A DNA stretch of 64,000 bases. Origin: an uncultured delta proteobacterium. Lineage in GTDB: Bacteria > Myxococcota > Myxococcia > Myxococcales > Anaeromyxobacteraceae. The DNA is taken from positions 1 through 64,000 of the forward strand of contig CAWJSR010000029.1 of assembly GCA_963845515.1 (NCBI GenBank), in the 5' to 3' direction. The translations under genes were made by a program, and so were the position numbers. Below are positions 51,461 through 61,692 of this stretch, one piece after another (the stretch's first letter is position 1; every line of letters starts with the position of its first letter). The notes under the pieces are model-generated. The model did no database searches, was not told the origin of the DNA, and saw nothing but the letters and a program-made list of their open reading frames with translations.

Positions 51461-52909
51461 ATGGGGACTCCACTCAAGTACGACGTCGTCGTCATCGGCT
51501 CTGGACCGGCGGGCGAGGCCGGTGCGGTCCAGGCTGCACAGCTCGGCAGGAAGGTCGCCCTCGTCGAGAAGGAGGCCGTGCCGGGGGGCGCCTGCGCCAA
51601 CACCGGCACCATCCCCTCCAAGGCGCTGCGCGAGACCGCCCTCGCGATCCAGCAGGCGCGCGCGCGCGACGCCCACGGCATCGAGCTGAGGGTCTCGCGC
51701 ACCGTCACCATCCCCGAGCTGATGGGGCGGCGCGGGCTCGTAACGGGGCGCGAGCACGCGCGCATCCGGAACGCGCTCTCCAACGCCGGCGTCGAGACGT
51801 TCCGCGGCGTCGCGAGCTTCGTCGATCCTCACACGCTGCGCGTCACCATCCCCGACGGCTCGACCCAGGATCTCGAGGCCGGGGTCGTCCTGCTCGCGAC
51901 GGGCACCCGCCCGTTCCACCCGCCGCAGTACGCCTTCGACCACGCGCGGGTCTACGACTCCGACTCGATCCTGATGCTCGACCGGGTCCCGAAGTCGCTC
52001 GCGGTGCTCGGCGGCGGTGTCGCCGGCTGTGAGTACGCGTCGATCTTCGCGGCGCTGGGCGTCCGCGTCTTCATCGTGGACTCGAAGGAGCGGCTCCTGC
52101 CGTGGCTGGACGCCGAGCTGTCGCTCGCCATGCAGGATCTCTTCCGGCAGGCAGGGATCGAGCTCCACCAGGAGGTCCGCGCAGCGCACGTCGAGGCGGG
52201 GGAGCAGGACGTGCTGGTCACCCTCTCCGACGGGAAGCGCTTCGTCGCCGAGAAGGTGCTGATCGCATCGGGCCGGATCGGCAACGTCGAGTCGCTCGAC
52301 CTGGCGAAGGCCGGGCTCTCCGCCGCCGAGCGCGGCCTCCTCGAGGTGAACGAGCACTTCCAGACGAAGGTCCCCGCACGTCTACGCGGCCGGGGACCTC
52401 GTCGGCTTCCCCGGCCTCGCCTCCACCTCCAAGGAGCAGGCGGTCGTCGCCATGCGCCACGCCTGCGGCGAGCCGCGGCGGCGCGGCGTCTCCGACGCGC
52501 ATCCCTGTGGGCATCTACACCATCCCGGAGCTCTCCGGCGCGGGCGACACCGAGGAGACGCTGCGGAAGAAGGGGAGTCCCTTACGTGGTCGGGAGGGCG
52601 CCGCTGGAGGAGAACGCGCGCGCCAACCTCGTCGGCGAGGCGGTCGGCTTCCTGAAGATCCTCGCCTCCCCGGAGGGGAAGCTGCTCGGAGTCCACTGCA
52701 TCGGCCCGCACGCGTCGGAGCTGGTCCACCTCGGCAACGCGGTGATGAGCCTTGGCGGCGACATCCGGTACTTCATCACGGCCGTCTTCAACTACCCGAC
52801 GCTCGGCGAGGCCTACAAGTCGGCGGCCTACGACGCGCTCAGCGCGTCGGCGCCGCTCCGGGAGCGGATCCTCCACGACGCCGCGCCTGCGTCGGCGGAG
52901 CCCGCATAG
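51461..52909 (+). CDS. sthA: Soluble pyridine nucleotide transhydrogenase; compensating frameshifts between about 52375 and 52580
   Basis: VIGSGPAG, GGACANTGTIPSKALRE, YDSDSIL, VFNYPTLGEAYK. The motifs YAAGDLVGFPGLASTS and GIYTIPELS lie in the two other frames. Confidence 0.9.
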   Translation: MGTPLKYDVVVIGSGPAGEAGAVQAAQLGRKVALVEKEAVPGGACANTGTIPSKALRETALAIQQARARDAHGIELRVSRTVTIPELMGRRGLVTGREHARIRNALSNAGVETFRGVASFVDPHTLRVTIPDGSTQDLEAGVVLLATGTRPFHPPQYAFDHARVYDSDSILMLDRVPKSLAVLGGGVAGCEYASIFAALGVRVFIVDSKERLLPWLDAELSLAMQDLFRQAGIELHQEVRAAHVEAGEQDVLVTLSDGKRFVAEKVLIASGRIGNVESLDLAKAGLSAAERGLLEVNEHFQTKVPARLRGRGPRRLPRPRLHLQGAGGRRHAPRLRRAAAARRLRRASLWASTPSRSSPARATPRRRCGRRGVPYVVGRAPLEENARANLVGEAVGFLKILASPEGKLLGVHCIGPHASELVHLGNAVMSLGGDIRYFITAVFNYPTLGEAYKSAAYDALSASAPLRERILHDAAPASAEPA

Positions 52910-52956
52910 GCAGGGCGGGGCTGGAAACGCGCCGCGATCCGGGCTATCCGGGTGTG

Positions 52957-53700
52957 ATGCCGAACCCCTCCGCCGCGCTCCTCGTCATAGGCAACGAGGT
53001 GCTCTCGGCCAAGGTGACCGACGAGAACGGCCCCTTCATCGCGCGGCGGCTGCGCGATCTGGGGGTGCGGCTCGTCGCCATCCACACCATCCCGGACGAG
53101 GTCGACGAGATCTCCGCCGCGCTGGAGCGGGTCCGCGCGCGCTGCACCTGGGTCTTCACGACCGGTGGCGTCGGCCCGACGCACGATGACGTCACGCTCG
53201 GCGCCGTCGCGAAGGCGCTCGGCCGGCCGGTGATCCGCCACCCGCGCCTGGCCGCCGCCATCCGGGCCATCCACGCGCGCCACCACGCCGAGGAGCTTCC
53301 CGAGGCGGCACTCCGGATGGCGGACGTCCCGGATGGAACCCGGCTCGAGGGGGATCCCGACTACCCGACCCTGGTCGTCGAGAACGTGGTGATGCTGCCT
53401 GGCGTGCCCGAGTTCTGCCGCTTCCAGTTCGAGAGGTTCGCCGCCGCCCTGGCCGCCCCACCGTTCAGGCTCGCCTGCATCTACCTCCGGGTCGGTGAGG
53501 GTCCGATCGCGGCCGCGCTCGACCGGGTGGTGCGGGATCACCCGACGGTCGAGATCGGGAGCTACCCGCGGTTCGACGGCGCGGATCACCGCGTGAAGCT
53601 CACCGTGGAGTCGAAGGACGAGGCGAGCGTCGTGGCCGCGCGCGACGCCCTCCTCGCCGCGCTTCCGCCGGGATCGGTCATACGCTCCGAGGGGCCCTGA
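52957..53700 (+). CDS. CinA-N/MoCF-biosynthesis-like domain protein
   Basis: LVIGNEVLS.KV.DEN, FTTGGVGPTHDDVT, LPGVP, IGSYP. Confidence 0.9.
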   Translation: MPNPSAALLVIGNEVLSAKVTDENGPFIARRLRDLGVRLVAIHTIPDEVDEISAALERVRARCTWVFTTGGVGPTHDDVTLGAVAKALGRPVIRHPRLAAAIRAIHARHHAEELPEAALRMADVPDGTRLEGDPDYPTLVVENVVMLPGVPEFCRFQFERFAAALAAPPFRLACIYLRVGEGPIAAALDRVVRDHPTVEIGSYPRFDGADHRVKLTVESKDEASVVAARDALLAALPPGSVIRSEGP

Positions 53701-53713
53701 CTCGACCCCGGCG

Positions 53714-54355
53714 CTAGCCCTCCAGGTGGCACCCGTGGGCGAGCCGGACGCCGGCCGCCTCGAGCCGGGCGTTGGTCTCGGCCACCCGCTCGGGGAAGAC
53801 CGCCCGCGTCATGTCGTCCAGGACGAACGCCTCGAACCCGGCCTCGGCGGCGTCGACCGCGCTCGCCCTGACGCAGAAGTCGCGTGCGAGGCCGCAGAGG
53901 AAGACGCGCTGGATGCCGCGCTCCCGCAGCCAGCCCGCGAGCCCGGTCCTCGGCCGCTGGCCGTCGGGACCGACGTTCTCGCGGAAGGCGCTGTAGCTGT
54001 CCACCTCGCGCCGCGTCCCCTTGCGCAGCACCAGCGTGACCGCCTCCATAGGAAGGTCCGGGTGGAGCGCAGCCCCCCGGCTCCCCCGGACGCAGTGGTC
54101 GGGCCAGAGCTCCTGGCCCCCCTGAGGGAGCTCCTTCACCGTGAAGGGCGAACAGCCCTCGTGGGCGCTCGCGAAGGAGACGTGACCGCGGGGATGCCAA
54201 TCCTGCGTCGCCACCACGACCGCGAAGCGGGGCGCGAGCCTTGCGATGGGCTCGACGATCGCGTCGCCGGTCGACACGGCTAGCGCGCCGCCGGGCAGGA
54301 AGTCGTGCTGCAGGTCCACCACGACGAGCGCGTCGCTCCCAGGGTCGATACGCAT
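53714..54355 (-). CDS. pncA: Nicotinamidase/pyrazinamidase
   Basis: VDLQHDFLPGGALAV, TQDWHP, WPDHCV, KG...DSYSAF, GLARDFCV. Confidence 0.95.
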   Translation of the reverse strand: MRIDPGSDALVVVDLQHDFLPGGALAVSTGDAIVEPIARLAPRFAVVVATQDWHPRGHVSFASAHEGCSPFTVKELPQGGQELWPDHCVRGSRGAALHPDLPMEAVTLVLRKGTRREVDSYSAFRENVGPDGQRPRTGLAGWLRERGIQRVFLCGLARDFCVRASAVDAAEAGFEAFVLDDMTRAVFPERVAETNARLEAAGVRLAHGCHLEG

Positions 54356-54450
54356 GGCCGGCCGCTCCTCGCCACAGGATAACTCGCACGCAACCCCGCC
54401 GCCGGGATCCCGTTGTCACGACCGGGCCGTTCGGTTAGCTTGCGCGCACC

Positions 54451-56049
54451 ATGGAAAAGATCTGGGCCAAGGACGTCAAGGAGGGCGAGCACGTCAAGTC
54501 GCTCTTTCTCGTCACCCGCAAGGCGACCCTCACCGCGAAGAGCGGCAAGACCTACCTGGCGGTGACCTTCCAGGACAAGACCGGGGAGCTGGAAGGGCGC
54601 GCCTTCGACAAGATCGAGGAGCTCGCCGCCCTCTTCGAGGAGAAGGACGCCGTCGAGGCCGAGGGGACCATCGGCACGTTCCAGGGACGCCCCCAGATCC
54701 GGCTCGAGACCATCGTGAAGGCCGACGCGTCGACGCTCGACCCCACCGACTTCGAGTGGACCCCGCCGCCCGAGCCGAAGAAGCCGGAGAAGCCCGAGCG
54801 CGCCGCCGCAGGCGCCGGCGAGGACGCCCTCTGGACAGAGCTGCTGGCCCTCGTCGACGCCGTGGCCGACGCCAACGTCAAGACGCTCATCAGGGCCTTC
54901 GTCGACGACGACGACGTCGCGGGGCGGCTGCGCCGCGGTGCCGCCGCCAAGACGGTGCACCACGCCTATCCGGGCGGCCTGCTCGAGCACACGGTCTCCT
55001 GCCTCAAGCTGGCACACCGGATCGCCGACCAGTACCCGCAGATCGATCGGGACCTGCTCGTCGCAGGCACCTTCTTCCACGACATCGGGAAGATCCGGGA
55101 GCTCTCGCTGGAGAAGCACGCCGAGTACTCCGACGAGGGGCGCCTGGTCGGCCACCTCGTGATGGCCGCGCAGTGGATCCACGACAAGGCCCGCCGCACC
55201 GGCGTGCCGCGCGAGCTGGAGCACCAGATCGTCCACATCGTCCTCGCGCACCATGGCCGCGTCGAGTACGGCTCGCCGCGCCCGCCGATGACGCTCGAGG
55301 CGATGATCGTCCACTACATCGACGACATCGACAGCCGCGTGAACAGCTGGCTCAACCTGATGGGGCGCGAAGGCGGAAACCGCCGCTGGACCGACTCCAA
55401 CAACGTCTACGAGCAGCCGATCTGGCGGGGGGCGCTCCCGACGACGCAGGTCGAGAAGAAGGGGCCTCCGCCCGAGATCCTGACGCCCGTCATCTACGTC
55501 CCCCGCGAGGGCTCCCGGCAGTCGCGGCCGGAGGGGTCCCGCAAGCAGCAGCCCCAGAAGCCGAAGGCCCCCCGTCAGTCCCAGGAGGCGCGGAAGGCGG
55601 CTGCAGTTGCGGCGCCTGCCCGCGCCGAGGACGGGGCGGAGGTGAAGGCGGAGGCGAAGCCAGACGCGGCCGCGCCGCGCGCGGATCGCCCTCCACGCAC
55701 GGACCGTCCCCCGGATCGCGGCGGCTTCCGCGGCGGTCACGGCGGCCCAGGCGGAGCAGGCGGCTTCGGCGACAAGAAGCGCGGCTACATCGGGGCCGCG
55801 CCTCCCCGGTGACAAGGGGCTCCAGGGTCGACCGGCCGAGAAGAAGCTGACGCACAATCCGTTCGCCGCGCTCGCGGCCAAGCTCGAGGGCGGAAAGGCC
55901 GAACAGGCCGCCGAGCCCGCGCCCGAGCCCGCCGCCGAGGCTCCGGCCGCCGAGCCGACGCCCGCAGCGCCGGCCGCTCCGGGCAGCAGGCCTCCGCTCC
56001 AGAGAGCACCACGCCGGACACCAGCTCCGGCGAGACGCCGAGCACGTAG
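54451..56049 (+). CDS. YhaM-like OB-fold/HD exoribonuclease with low-complexity tail (ORF ends at 55812 as sequenced; probable frameshifts near 55792 and 55985)
   Basis: DKTGELEG OB fold, HHAYPGGLLEH, HDIGK, GRLVGH, HHG..EYGSP. A coding-like continuation KLTHNPFAALAAKL follows a GGGG run. Confidence 0.85.
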
Positions 56050-56058
56050 GAACCGCGA

Positions 56059-56105
56059 CCTCTCCCTCACCCTTCCCTCTCCCTCAATGAGGGAGAGGGG
56101 TTGGG
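56059..56105. repeat. CCCTCTCCC...GGGAGAGGG palindromic REP-like element, copy 2
   Basis: ccctctccctca-a-tgagggagaggg hairpin preceded by ccctcaccc, between convergent genes. Confidence 0.72.
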
Positions 56106-57596
56106 TTAGCGACTGAACTCGTGCCCCCTGCGCGCGCGGTACGCGCGCAGGTAGAGCCGCTCGTACTCCGCTGCCGAGGCGTCCCAGGAGAAGTCCTGGG
56201 TCATGCCGCGCCGGCGCATGGCCTCGATGTGGTGCGGGCGGTCGTGCCACGTGGAGATGGCCCAGCCGATGGTGTTCGCGAGCGCGTCGGGCGTGAGGTC
56301 TCCGAAGAGGAAGCCGGTCCCCTCCCCCGTCCGCTCGTCGTATCCGCGGACCGTGTCGACGAGCCCTCCCGTGGCGCGCACGACCGGCAGGGTCCCGTAG
56401 CGCAGGCTGTACATCTGGTTCAGGCCGCAGGGCTCGAACCGGGAAGGCATGACGAAGAAGTCTGCTCCAGCCTCTATCCGGTGGCTGAGCGGCTCGTCGA
56501 AGCCGATCCAGGCCTTGAAGCGATCCGGGCGGCGCGCCGCCGCCGCCTTGAAGAAGTGCTCCGCCTCGTGGTCGCCGCTTCCCAGCAGGACGATCTGCGC
56601 GCCCCAGTCGAGCACCCGGTCCAGGCAGTGGGCCAGCACGTCGTACCCCTTCTGCGAGACCATTCGCCCGATCACCCCGAAGAGCGGGCGCCTCGCCTCG
56701 ACGGGGAGCCCCGCCTCGTGCTGCAGGGCCGCCTTGCAGCGCTCCTTCCCCGACAGGTCGCTCACCGAGAAGCGCGCGGGGATCTTCTCGTCTGCCGAAG
56801 GATCCCACTCCCGCACGTCGATCCCGTTCAGGATGCCGACCAGGTCCGCCCCCCGCTCCCGCAGCACGCCGTCGAGGCCGCAGCCGAAGGCCGGGGTCTG
56901 GATCTCCCGGGCGTAGTTGGGGCTGACGGTCGAGAGCAGGTTGGCGTGGCGCACCGCGCCCTTCATGAGGTTGAGCGCGCCGAAGTGCTCGAACTCGGCG
57001 GGGTTGTAGTGCTCCCGCCCGAGCCCGGTGACGAACATCGCGTCCCCGCCGGTCACTCCCTGGTAGGCCAGGTTGTGGATGGAGAAGACGGTGGCGGCGC
57101 CGTGGAGCGGCCTCGCCCACTCGACCGTGTTCACGTAGACCGGCACGAGCGCCGTCTGCCAGTCGTTCGCGTGGATGACGTCCGGCTGGAAGCCGAGCGC
57201 CGTGCAGAGCTCCAGCGCGCCACGCGAGAGGAAGGCGAACCGCTCCAGGTTGTCGCCGTACCCCTCGCCCGGCGGGCCGTAGAGGTGCCCGCGATCGAAG
57301 TACCGGTGGTACTCGAGGAAGTAGACCGGCACGTCGCTGCCAGGCAGCCGCCCGAGCCGGACGCCCGCGCGCGCCATGCCCCACCATGACGGTACGTGAA
57401 CCGCCCCATCCAGCCGCTCCAGCGCGTTCCAGTCCATGCCGGCGTAGAGCGGCATCACCACGCGCACGTCGATGCCGCGAGCCCGGAGGGCCCTGGGCAG
57501 CGAGCCGGAGACGTCGCCGAGGCCGCCGGTCTTGGCGAACGGCGCCGCCTCAGAGGTGACGAACAGGACCCTCAGGGGCCTCGTGGCTTCCGGCAT
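56106..57596 (-). CDS. glgA: Glycogen synthase
   Basis: SEAAPFAKTGGLGDV, HANDWQT, IHNLAYQG, MPSRFEPCGLNQ, TGGLVDTV. Confidence 0.97.
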   Translation of the reverse strand: MPEATRPLRVLFVTSEAAPFAKTGGLGDVSGSLPRALRARGIDVRVVMPLYAGMDWNALERLDGAVHVPSWWGMARAGVRLGRLPGSDVPVYFLEYHRYFDRGHLYGPPGEGYGDNLERFAFLSRGALELCTALGFQPDVIHANDWQTALVPVYVNTVEWARPLHGAATVFSIHNLAYQGVTGGDAMFVTGLGREHYNPAEFEHFGALNLMKGAVRHANLLSTVSPNYAREIQTPAFGCGLDGVLRERGADLVGILNGIDVREWDPSADEKIPARFSVSDLSGKERCKAALQHEAGLPVEARRPLFGVIGRMVSQKGYDVLAHCLDRVLDWGAQIVLLGSGDHEAEHFFKAAAARRPDRFKAWIGFDEPLSHRIEAGADFFVMPSRFEPCGLNQMYSLRYGTLPVVRATGGLVDTVRGYDERTGEGTGFLFGDLTPDALANTIGWAISTWHDRPHHIEAMRRRGMTQDFSWDASAAEYERLYLRAYRARRGHEFSR

Positions 57597-57626
57597 CGGT
57601 GAGCGCTCAGTCCCGGGCCCGAGCAC

Positions 57627-59210
57627 TCAGGTCGCGTAGATGCGGTAGTCGACGTCGGGGAAGATGTTGTCCTTCGCTTCGATGTCGGCGACGAACGCCT
57701 CGTCGAGCTTGCCGGCCTTCAGATCCTCGTAGAGCCGGGTGAAGCGGATCGTGTGCTCGTTGACCCGCCGCGTCGCGTAGGAGACGGTCGTGCCGGTCGT
57801 CATGATGAACGGCCAGTCGCTCGACTGCGCCAGCAGCAGCTCGCGCGCCGCCTGGTTGAGCGCGCGCCGCTCCAGCCCTTCGGCGCGCGGACTTCGGCGA
57901 GCGAGCTCCGCCATCCGCTCCGCGGCCACGTGCGTGTGCCGGTAGACCCAGGCGTTGGTCTCGTTGCACCAGTACTCACCGTAACCCTTGAGCCCCCACG
58001 AGGAGGCGCAGGGCGTGGCCACCTGGTTGGTGGAGTGGCGCTCCAGGTAGTCGCCGGGTGTGATCGGCTCCACGGTCTTCTGGTCGAAGTGAAGCTGCCT
58101 GAACAGATCGTTCAAGAAGAGCGGCCCCTCGTACCACCAGTGACCGTAGAGCTCGGCGTCGTACGGGCTGACGACGATCGGCGGCCGATCCATCCCGGCG
58201 GCGAGCGCCTCGATCTGCTTCTCGCGGTTGCCGCGGAAGTGCGCGGCGTGCAGCCCGGCCCTCCCCCGTGCGGCCTCGGGGTCGTAGACCCACTTGTCGT
58301 GAAGGCGATCGTGCGTGATCGCGTGGTACTTGAAGCCAGTGTAGTTGCGCACGCCCGCTGGGTGCAGGTGCGGCCCGATGTAGTCGAGCGGCAGGTCGAA
58401 GCCGATGTCGCGGTAGAAGTCCCTGTACTGCGGATCGCCGGGGTATCCCTCCTTGGCGCTCCAGACCTGCTGGGACGACTCGGTGTCGCGCGCGAAGGCG
58501 GCGACGCCGGTCGGGCAGTAGACCGGGGCGTGGACGCCGAGGAGCGGCGGGCGATCCGCGAAGAGGAGCGCGTGCGTGTCCACCATGAAGTAGCGCACCG
58601 CCGCCTCGCGGAGCAGCTCGTCGCAGCCCGGGACGTACCCGCACTCGCCCAGCCACATGCCCTTCGACCGCTGGCCGAAGTGGCGCTCGTACAGGTCGGC
58701 GGCGACGTGCACCTGCGCCCGCAGGGCGACCCAGTTCCGATCCATCATCGGGAAGAAGGCGTGCGTCGCGGTAGAGGTGATCACCTCGATGCAGCCCGCG
58801 TCCTGGAGCAGCCGGAACGCGCGCACGAGGTCGCCGTCGTGGCAACGCCACGTGTGGCGCAGCGACTGGAAGCGGTCCAGGTACATCTGGGCGAGCCGGT
58901 GGTAGTGGGGCTCGGCGCGCGTCCGCTCGAGCTCCTTCCCGGCCAGCGCGATCAGGTCGTCGAGGTGTGCGGCGTACCGCTCCTTGAGCAGGTCGTCGGT
59001 CAGCATCGAGATGAGCGGCGCGGAGAGCGAGACGGTGACGCGATAGGGGACGCCGTCGGCGGCGAGCCCCTCGAACATCTGGAGCAGCGGCAGGTAGGTG
59101 CCGGTGATCGCCTCGTAGAGCCAGCTCTCCTCCATCACCGTCGGATCTTCCGGGTGACGGACGAAGGGCAGGTGGGCGTGCAGGACGATCGCAAGGTAGC
59201 CGCGTGCCAT
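57627..59210 (-). CDS. GH57 1,4-alpha-glucan branching enzyme (DUF1957)
   Basis: VLHAHLPFVRHP, WLYEAI..TYLPL, WLGEC, PYDAELYGHWWYEG, RELLLAQSSDWPF. Confidence 0.95.
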   Translation of the reverse strand: MARGYLAIVLHAHLPFVRHPEDPTVMEESWLYEAITGTYLPLLQMFEGLAADGVPYRVTVSLSAPLISMLTDDLLKERYAAHLDDLIALAGKELERTRAEPHYHRLAQMYLDRFQSLRHTWRCHDGDLVRAFRLLQDAGCIEVITSTATHAFFPMMDRNWVALRAQVHVAADLYERHFGQRSKGMWLGECGYVPGCDELLREAAVRYFMVDTHALLFADRPPLLGVHAPVYCPTGVAAFARDTESSQQVWSAKEGYPGDPQYRDFYRDIGFDLPLDYIGPHLHPAGVRNYTGFKYHAITHDRLHDKWVYDPEAARGRAGLHAAHFRGNREKQIEALAAGMDRPPIVVSPYDAELYGHWWYEGPLFLNDLFRQLHFDQKTVEPITPGDYLERHSTNQVATPCASSWGLKGYGEYWCNETNAWVYRHTHVAAERMAELARRSPRAEGLERRALNQAARELLLAQSSDWPFIMTTGTTVSYATRRVNEHTIRFTRLYEDLKAGKLDEAFVADIEAKDNIFPDVDYRIYAT

Positions 59211-59215
59211 CGACG

Positions 59216-60775
59216 TCAGTCCTCCTCATCGGGGTCAGGCCGCTCGGGCGCGGGGTACGCCAGCGGCAGCGCCGAGCCGCCCTCGTCGAGCCGCAGCTCG
59301 CTGGCGCCGGCGAGCCGCCCCTCGCTCCCGCCCGCGTAGCCACCCTCGCTGGCGCCGCCGAGCCGGGACTCGCTCCCGCCCGCGTACTGCCGCTCGCTCG
59401 CGCCGCGCTGCTGCGCCTGGCTCGCACCGGCGAAGAGCTGCTCGGTCGCACCGCGGAAGTGCACCTCGCTGGCGCCGACTCGCCAGCGCTCGCTGGCCCC
59501 TCCCAGCCTGAGCTCGCTCGCCGAGATCCAGCGCCGCTCGCTCGCCCCCGCGGCGACCGACTCCGAGGCGCCGACGCGGAGCGTCGCCCCCCCGCTCCCC
59601 ATGCTGAGCTGGCGTCCGCCCTCGACCGACCACGAGCGGTGGATCTCCCAGGTCCCGATCAGCTCGCGCTCCGAGCGCGTGCCCAGGTTGCGGATGACCA
59701 CCCGCCACGGCCCCTGCACGACGTGCGTCACGTTCCCCGCGCGGTAGGCGAAGCCTCGCCCCTCCCACTCCTCCCGGCGCGGCGGCTCGATCTCCACGGG
59801 ATAGGTGAACGGCCCCGTCTCCCAGGAGGTGAGCACGCGCGGGCTCTCCCACTCGCTCCGCGCTTCGAGCGCGAACCAGCCGTCGCCGCTCGTCTCGCTC
59901 CACTCGACCCGCTCCCAGCCCGACTCGAGCAGCTGGCGCAGCACGACCTCGTGGACGGCGCCGGGGTCCCGCAGGGTCCAGATCGGGATCGGCTCGGACC
60001 CCGGCTCCGCCCTGCCGTCCTGGCGTGGCGCGCCAGCCCCGCGGGCGCCTGCCGGCGAGCGGTGCACGTCGGCGACCTCACCGCTCCAGGGCCGGACGGT
60101 CATCCACTCGGGGTCGCTCCAGGGGGCCGGCTCGCGCCTGGGGAAGTCCACGCGGCCGGAGCGGACGATCCTCGCGAAGAACCCCTCCGCCGACTTCATT
60201 CCGATCTCGACGAAGGCCGTGGAGGTGGGCTTGCCGATGTCGAAGAACCACTGCCGGGTGGCGCGTTCCACGGGGTGGTCGAAGTAGCTGCGCGCGTTGG
60301 TGCCGTCGAAGATTAGCCCGCTGGTGTCGTACACGCGGAGCACCAGCCAGCCGCCGGCGCCTCCCGGACCGAGCGCAGTCCGCGCCCGCTCGATCGCCGG
60401 ATCGGTCACCTCCCAGTAGACGAAGAGCCGGTCGGGATCGACCGCCGCGGCGGTGATCCGATCGACGCCGTAGCTCCACGGGATGGTGGCCGGCTGCTCG
60501 CGCGTGTCCGCCTCGGGCCCCAGCGCGAGCTTGGCGGTCGCGACGGGATCCTGCTCCGCGACGACGGAGTCACGCCTCACCTCGACGGCGGCCGCCGCGG
60601 GCGCCTCGACCTCAACCGGCGCCCGGGCCGGCTTGCGCCTGACGCCCTTGGTGGCCGGCGTAGCCGGCTTCTTCCCCTCGACCGGCGTCGCGGCCTTCTT
60701 CCCCCTGGCCGGCGTCGTGGCCTTCTTCCCCTTGATGGGGGTCGCGGCCTTCGCTGGCTTTGCCTTCGCAGCCAT
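59216..60775 (-). CDS. DUF4912-domain protein with Lys/Ala-rich N-terminus and GASE-repeat tail
   Basis: PWSYGVDRITAAAVDPDRLFVYWEV, LVLRVYD; adjacent to GH57. Confidence 0.85.
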   Translation of the reverse strand: MAAKAKPAKAATPIKGKKATTPARGKKAATPVEGKKPATPATKGVRRKPARAPVEVEAPAAAAVEVRRDSVVAEQDPVATAKLALGPEADTREQPATIPWSYGVDRITAAAVDPDRLFVYWEVTDPAIERARTALGPGGAGGWLVLRVYDTSGLIFDGTNARSYFDHPVERATRQWFFDIGKPTSTAFVEIGMKSAEGFFARIVRSGRVDFPRREPAPWSDPEWMTVRPWSGEVADVHRSPAGARGAGAPRQDGRAEPGSEPIPIWTLRDPGAVHEVVLRQLLESGWERVEWSETSGDGWFALEARSEWESPRVLTSWETGPFTYPVEIEPPRREEWEGRGFAYRAGNVTHVVQGPWRVVIRNLGTRSERELIGTWEIHRSWSVEGGRQLSMGSGGATLRVGASESVAAGASERRWISASELRLGGASERWRVGASEVHFRGATEQLFAGASQAQQRGASERQYAGGSESRLGGASEGGYAGGSEGRLAGASELRLDEGGSALPLAYPAPERPDPDEED

Positions 60776-60939
60776 CTCGCCCCTCGTAATTTCGGAAGGT
60801 GAAACCCATACCTCGTCGGCGCGTCGACGGAAACGCCCATCGGTCCCGCGACCCAGTAAAGCGCTCCAGGCGCCGCTTGCCCGGCACGGCACCCAAGCGG
60901 GGCGAGCCGGCCCCGCCTGCGGAGCGTACAATCCGCATC

Positions 60940-61692
60940 GTGCCAACCGTCGCCCTCTTCGTCCCCTGCTACGTCGACCAGCTATACCCCTCCGTCGCGA
61001 CCGCCACGCTCAGGCTGCTCGAGCGGTACGGCTGCGAGGTCGTCTTCCCCGAGGATCAGACCTGCTGCGGCCAACCCATGGCCAACGCCGGGGCGGCCGA
61101 CGCCGCGCGACCGCTCGCGGAGCGCTTCCTCGAGGTCTTCTCGCCGCCCCGGTACGAGTACGTGGTCGCGCCCTCGGGGAGCTGCGTCTCGATGGTGAAG
61201 CACCAGTACCGCGACCTGCTCCCAGGCCACCCTGAGTTGGAGCGAGTGGCGTCCCGCACCTTCGAGCTCTGCGAGTTCCTGCACGACGTGCTCGAGGTCA
61301 GGAAGGTCGACGGCCGCTTCCCGCGCGTCGTCGGCCTCCACCGCAGCTGCCACGCCCAGCGCGAGCTACGGCTCGCGAGCGGGAGCGAGCGGCGCGTCCC
61401 ACCCTTCGACAAGGTGAAGACGCTCCTCTCGTCGCTCGACGGGATCCGCCTGGTGGAGCCGACGCGCACCGACGAGTGCTGCGGCTTCGGCGGGACCTTC
61501 GCCGTCACCGAGGAGGCCGTCTCCTGCATGATGGGGCGCGACCGGCTCGCCGACCACGAGAAGGCCGGCGCCGAGGTGATCACCGGCGTCGACATGAGCT
61601 GCCTGATGCACCTCGACGGCCTCGCGCGCCGGGAGAAGCGCGCCGTCCGGATCCAGCACGTCGCCGAGCTGCTGCTCGGGGAGGCGCCATGA
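60940..61692 (+). CDS. lutA: LutA/YkgE CCG-domain Fe-S protein
   Basis: ALFVPCYVDQ, QTCCGQP, PSGSC, HRSCH, ECCGFGGTF, DMSCLMH. Confidence 0.93.
   Translation: MPTVALFVPCYVDQLYPSVATATLRLLERYGCEVVFPEDQTCCGQPMANAGAADAARPLAERFLEVFSPPRYEYVVAPSGSCVSMVKHQYRDLLPGHPELERVASRTFELCEFLHDVLEVRKVDGRFPRVVGLHRSCHAQRELRLASGSERRVPPFDKVKTLLSSLDGIRLVEPTRTDECCGFGGTFAVTEEAVSCMMGRDRLADHEKAGAEVITGVDMSCLMHLDGLARREKRAVRIQHVAELLLGEAP

Noticed and set aside
52375..52580. Programmed frameshifting in sthA or actB
   Set aside because: No slippery heptamers; the pattern is better explained by sequencing indels.
54280..57387. 1035-aa ORF and similar long Arg/Ala/Pro-rich antisense ORFs (e.g. 32791..35253, 41359..43803, 153..1082)
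   Set aside because: High-GC shadow frames overlapping well-supported genes.
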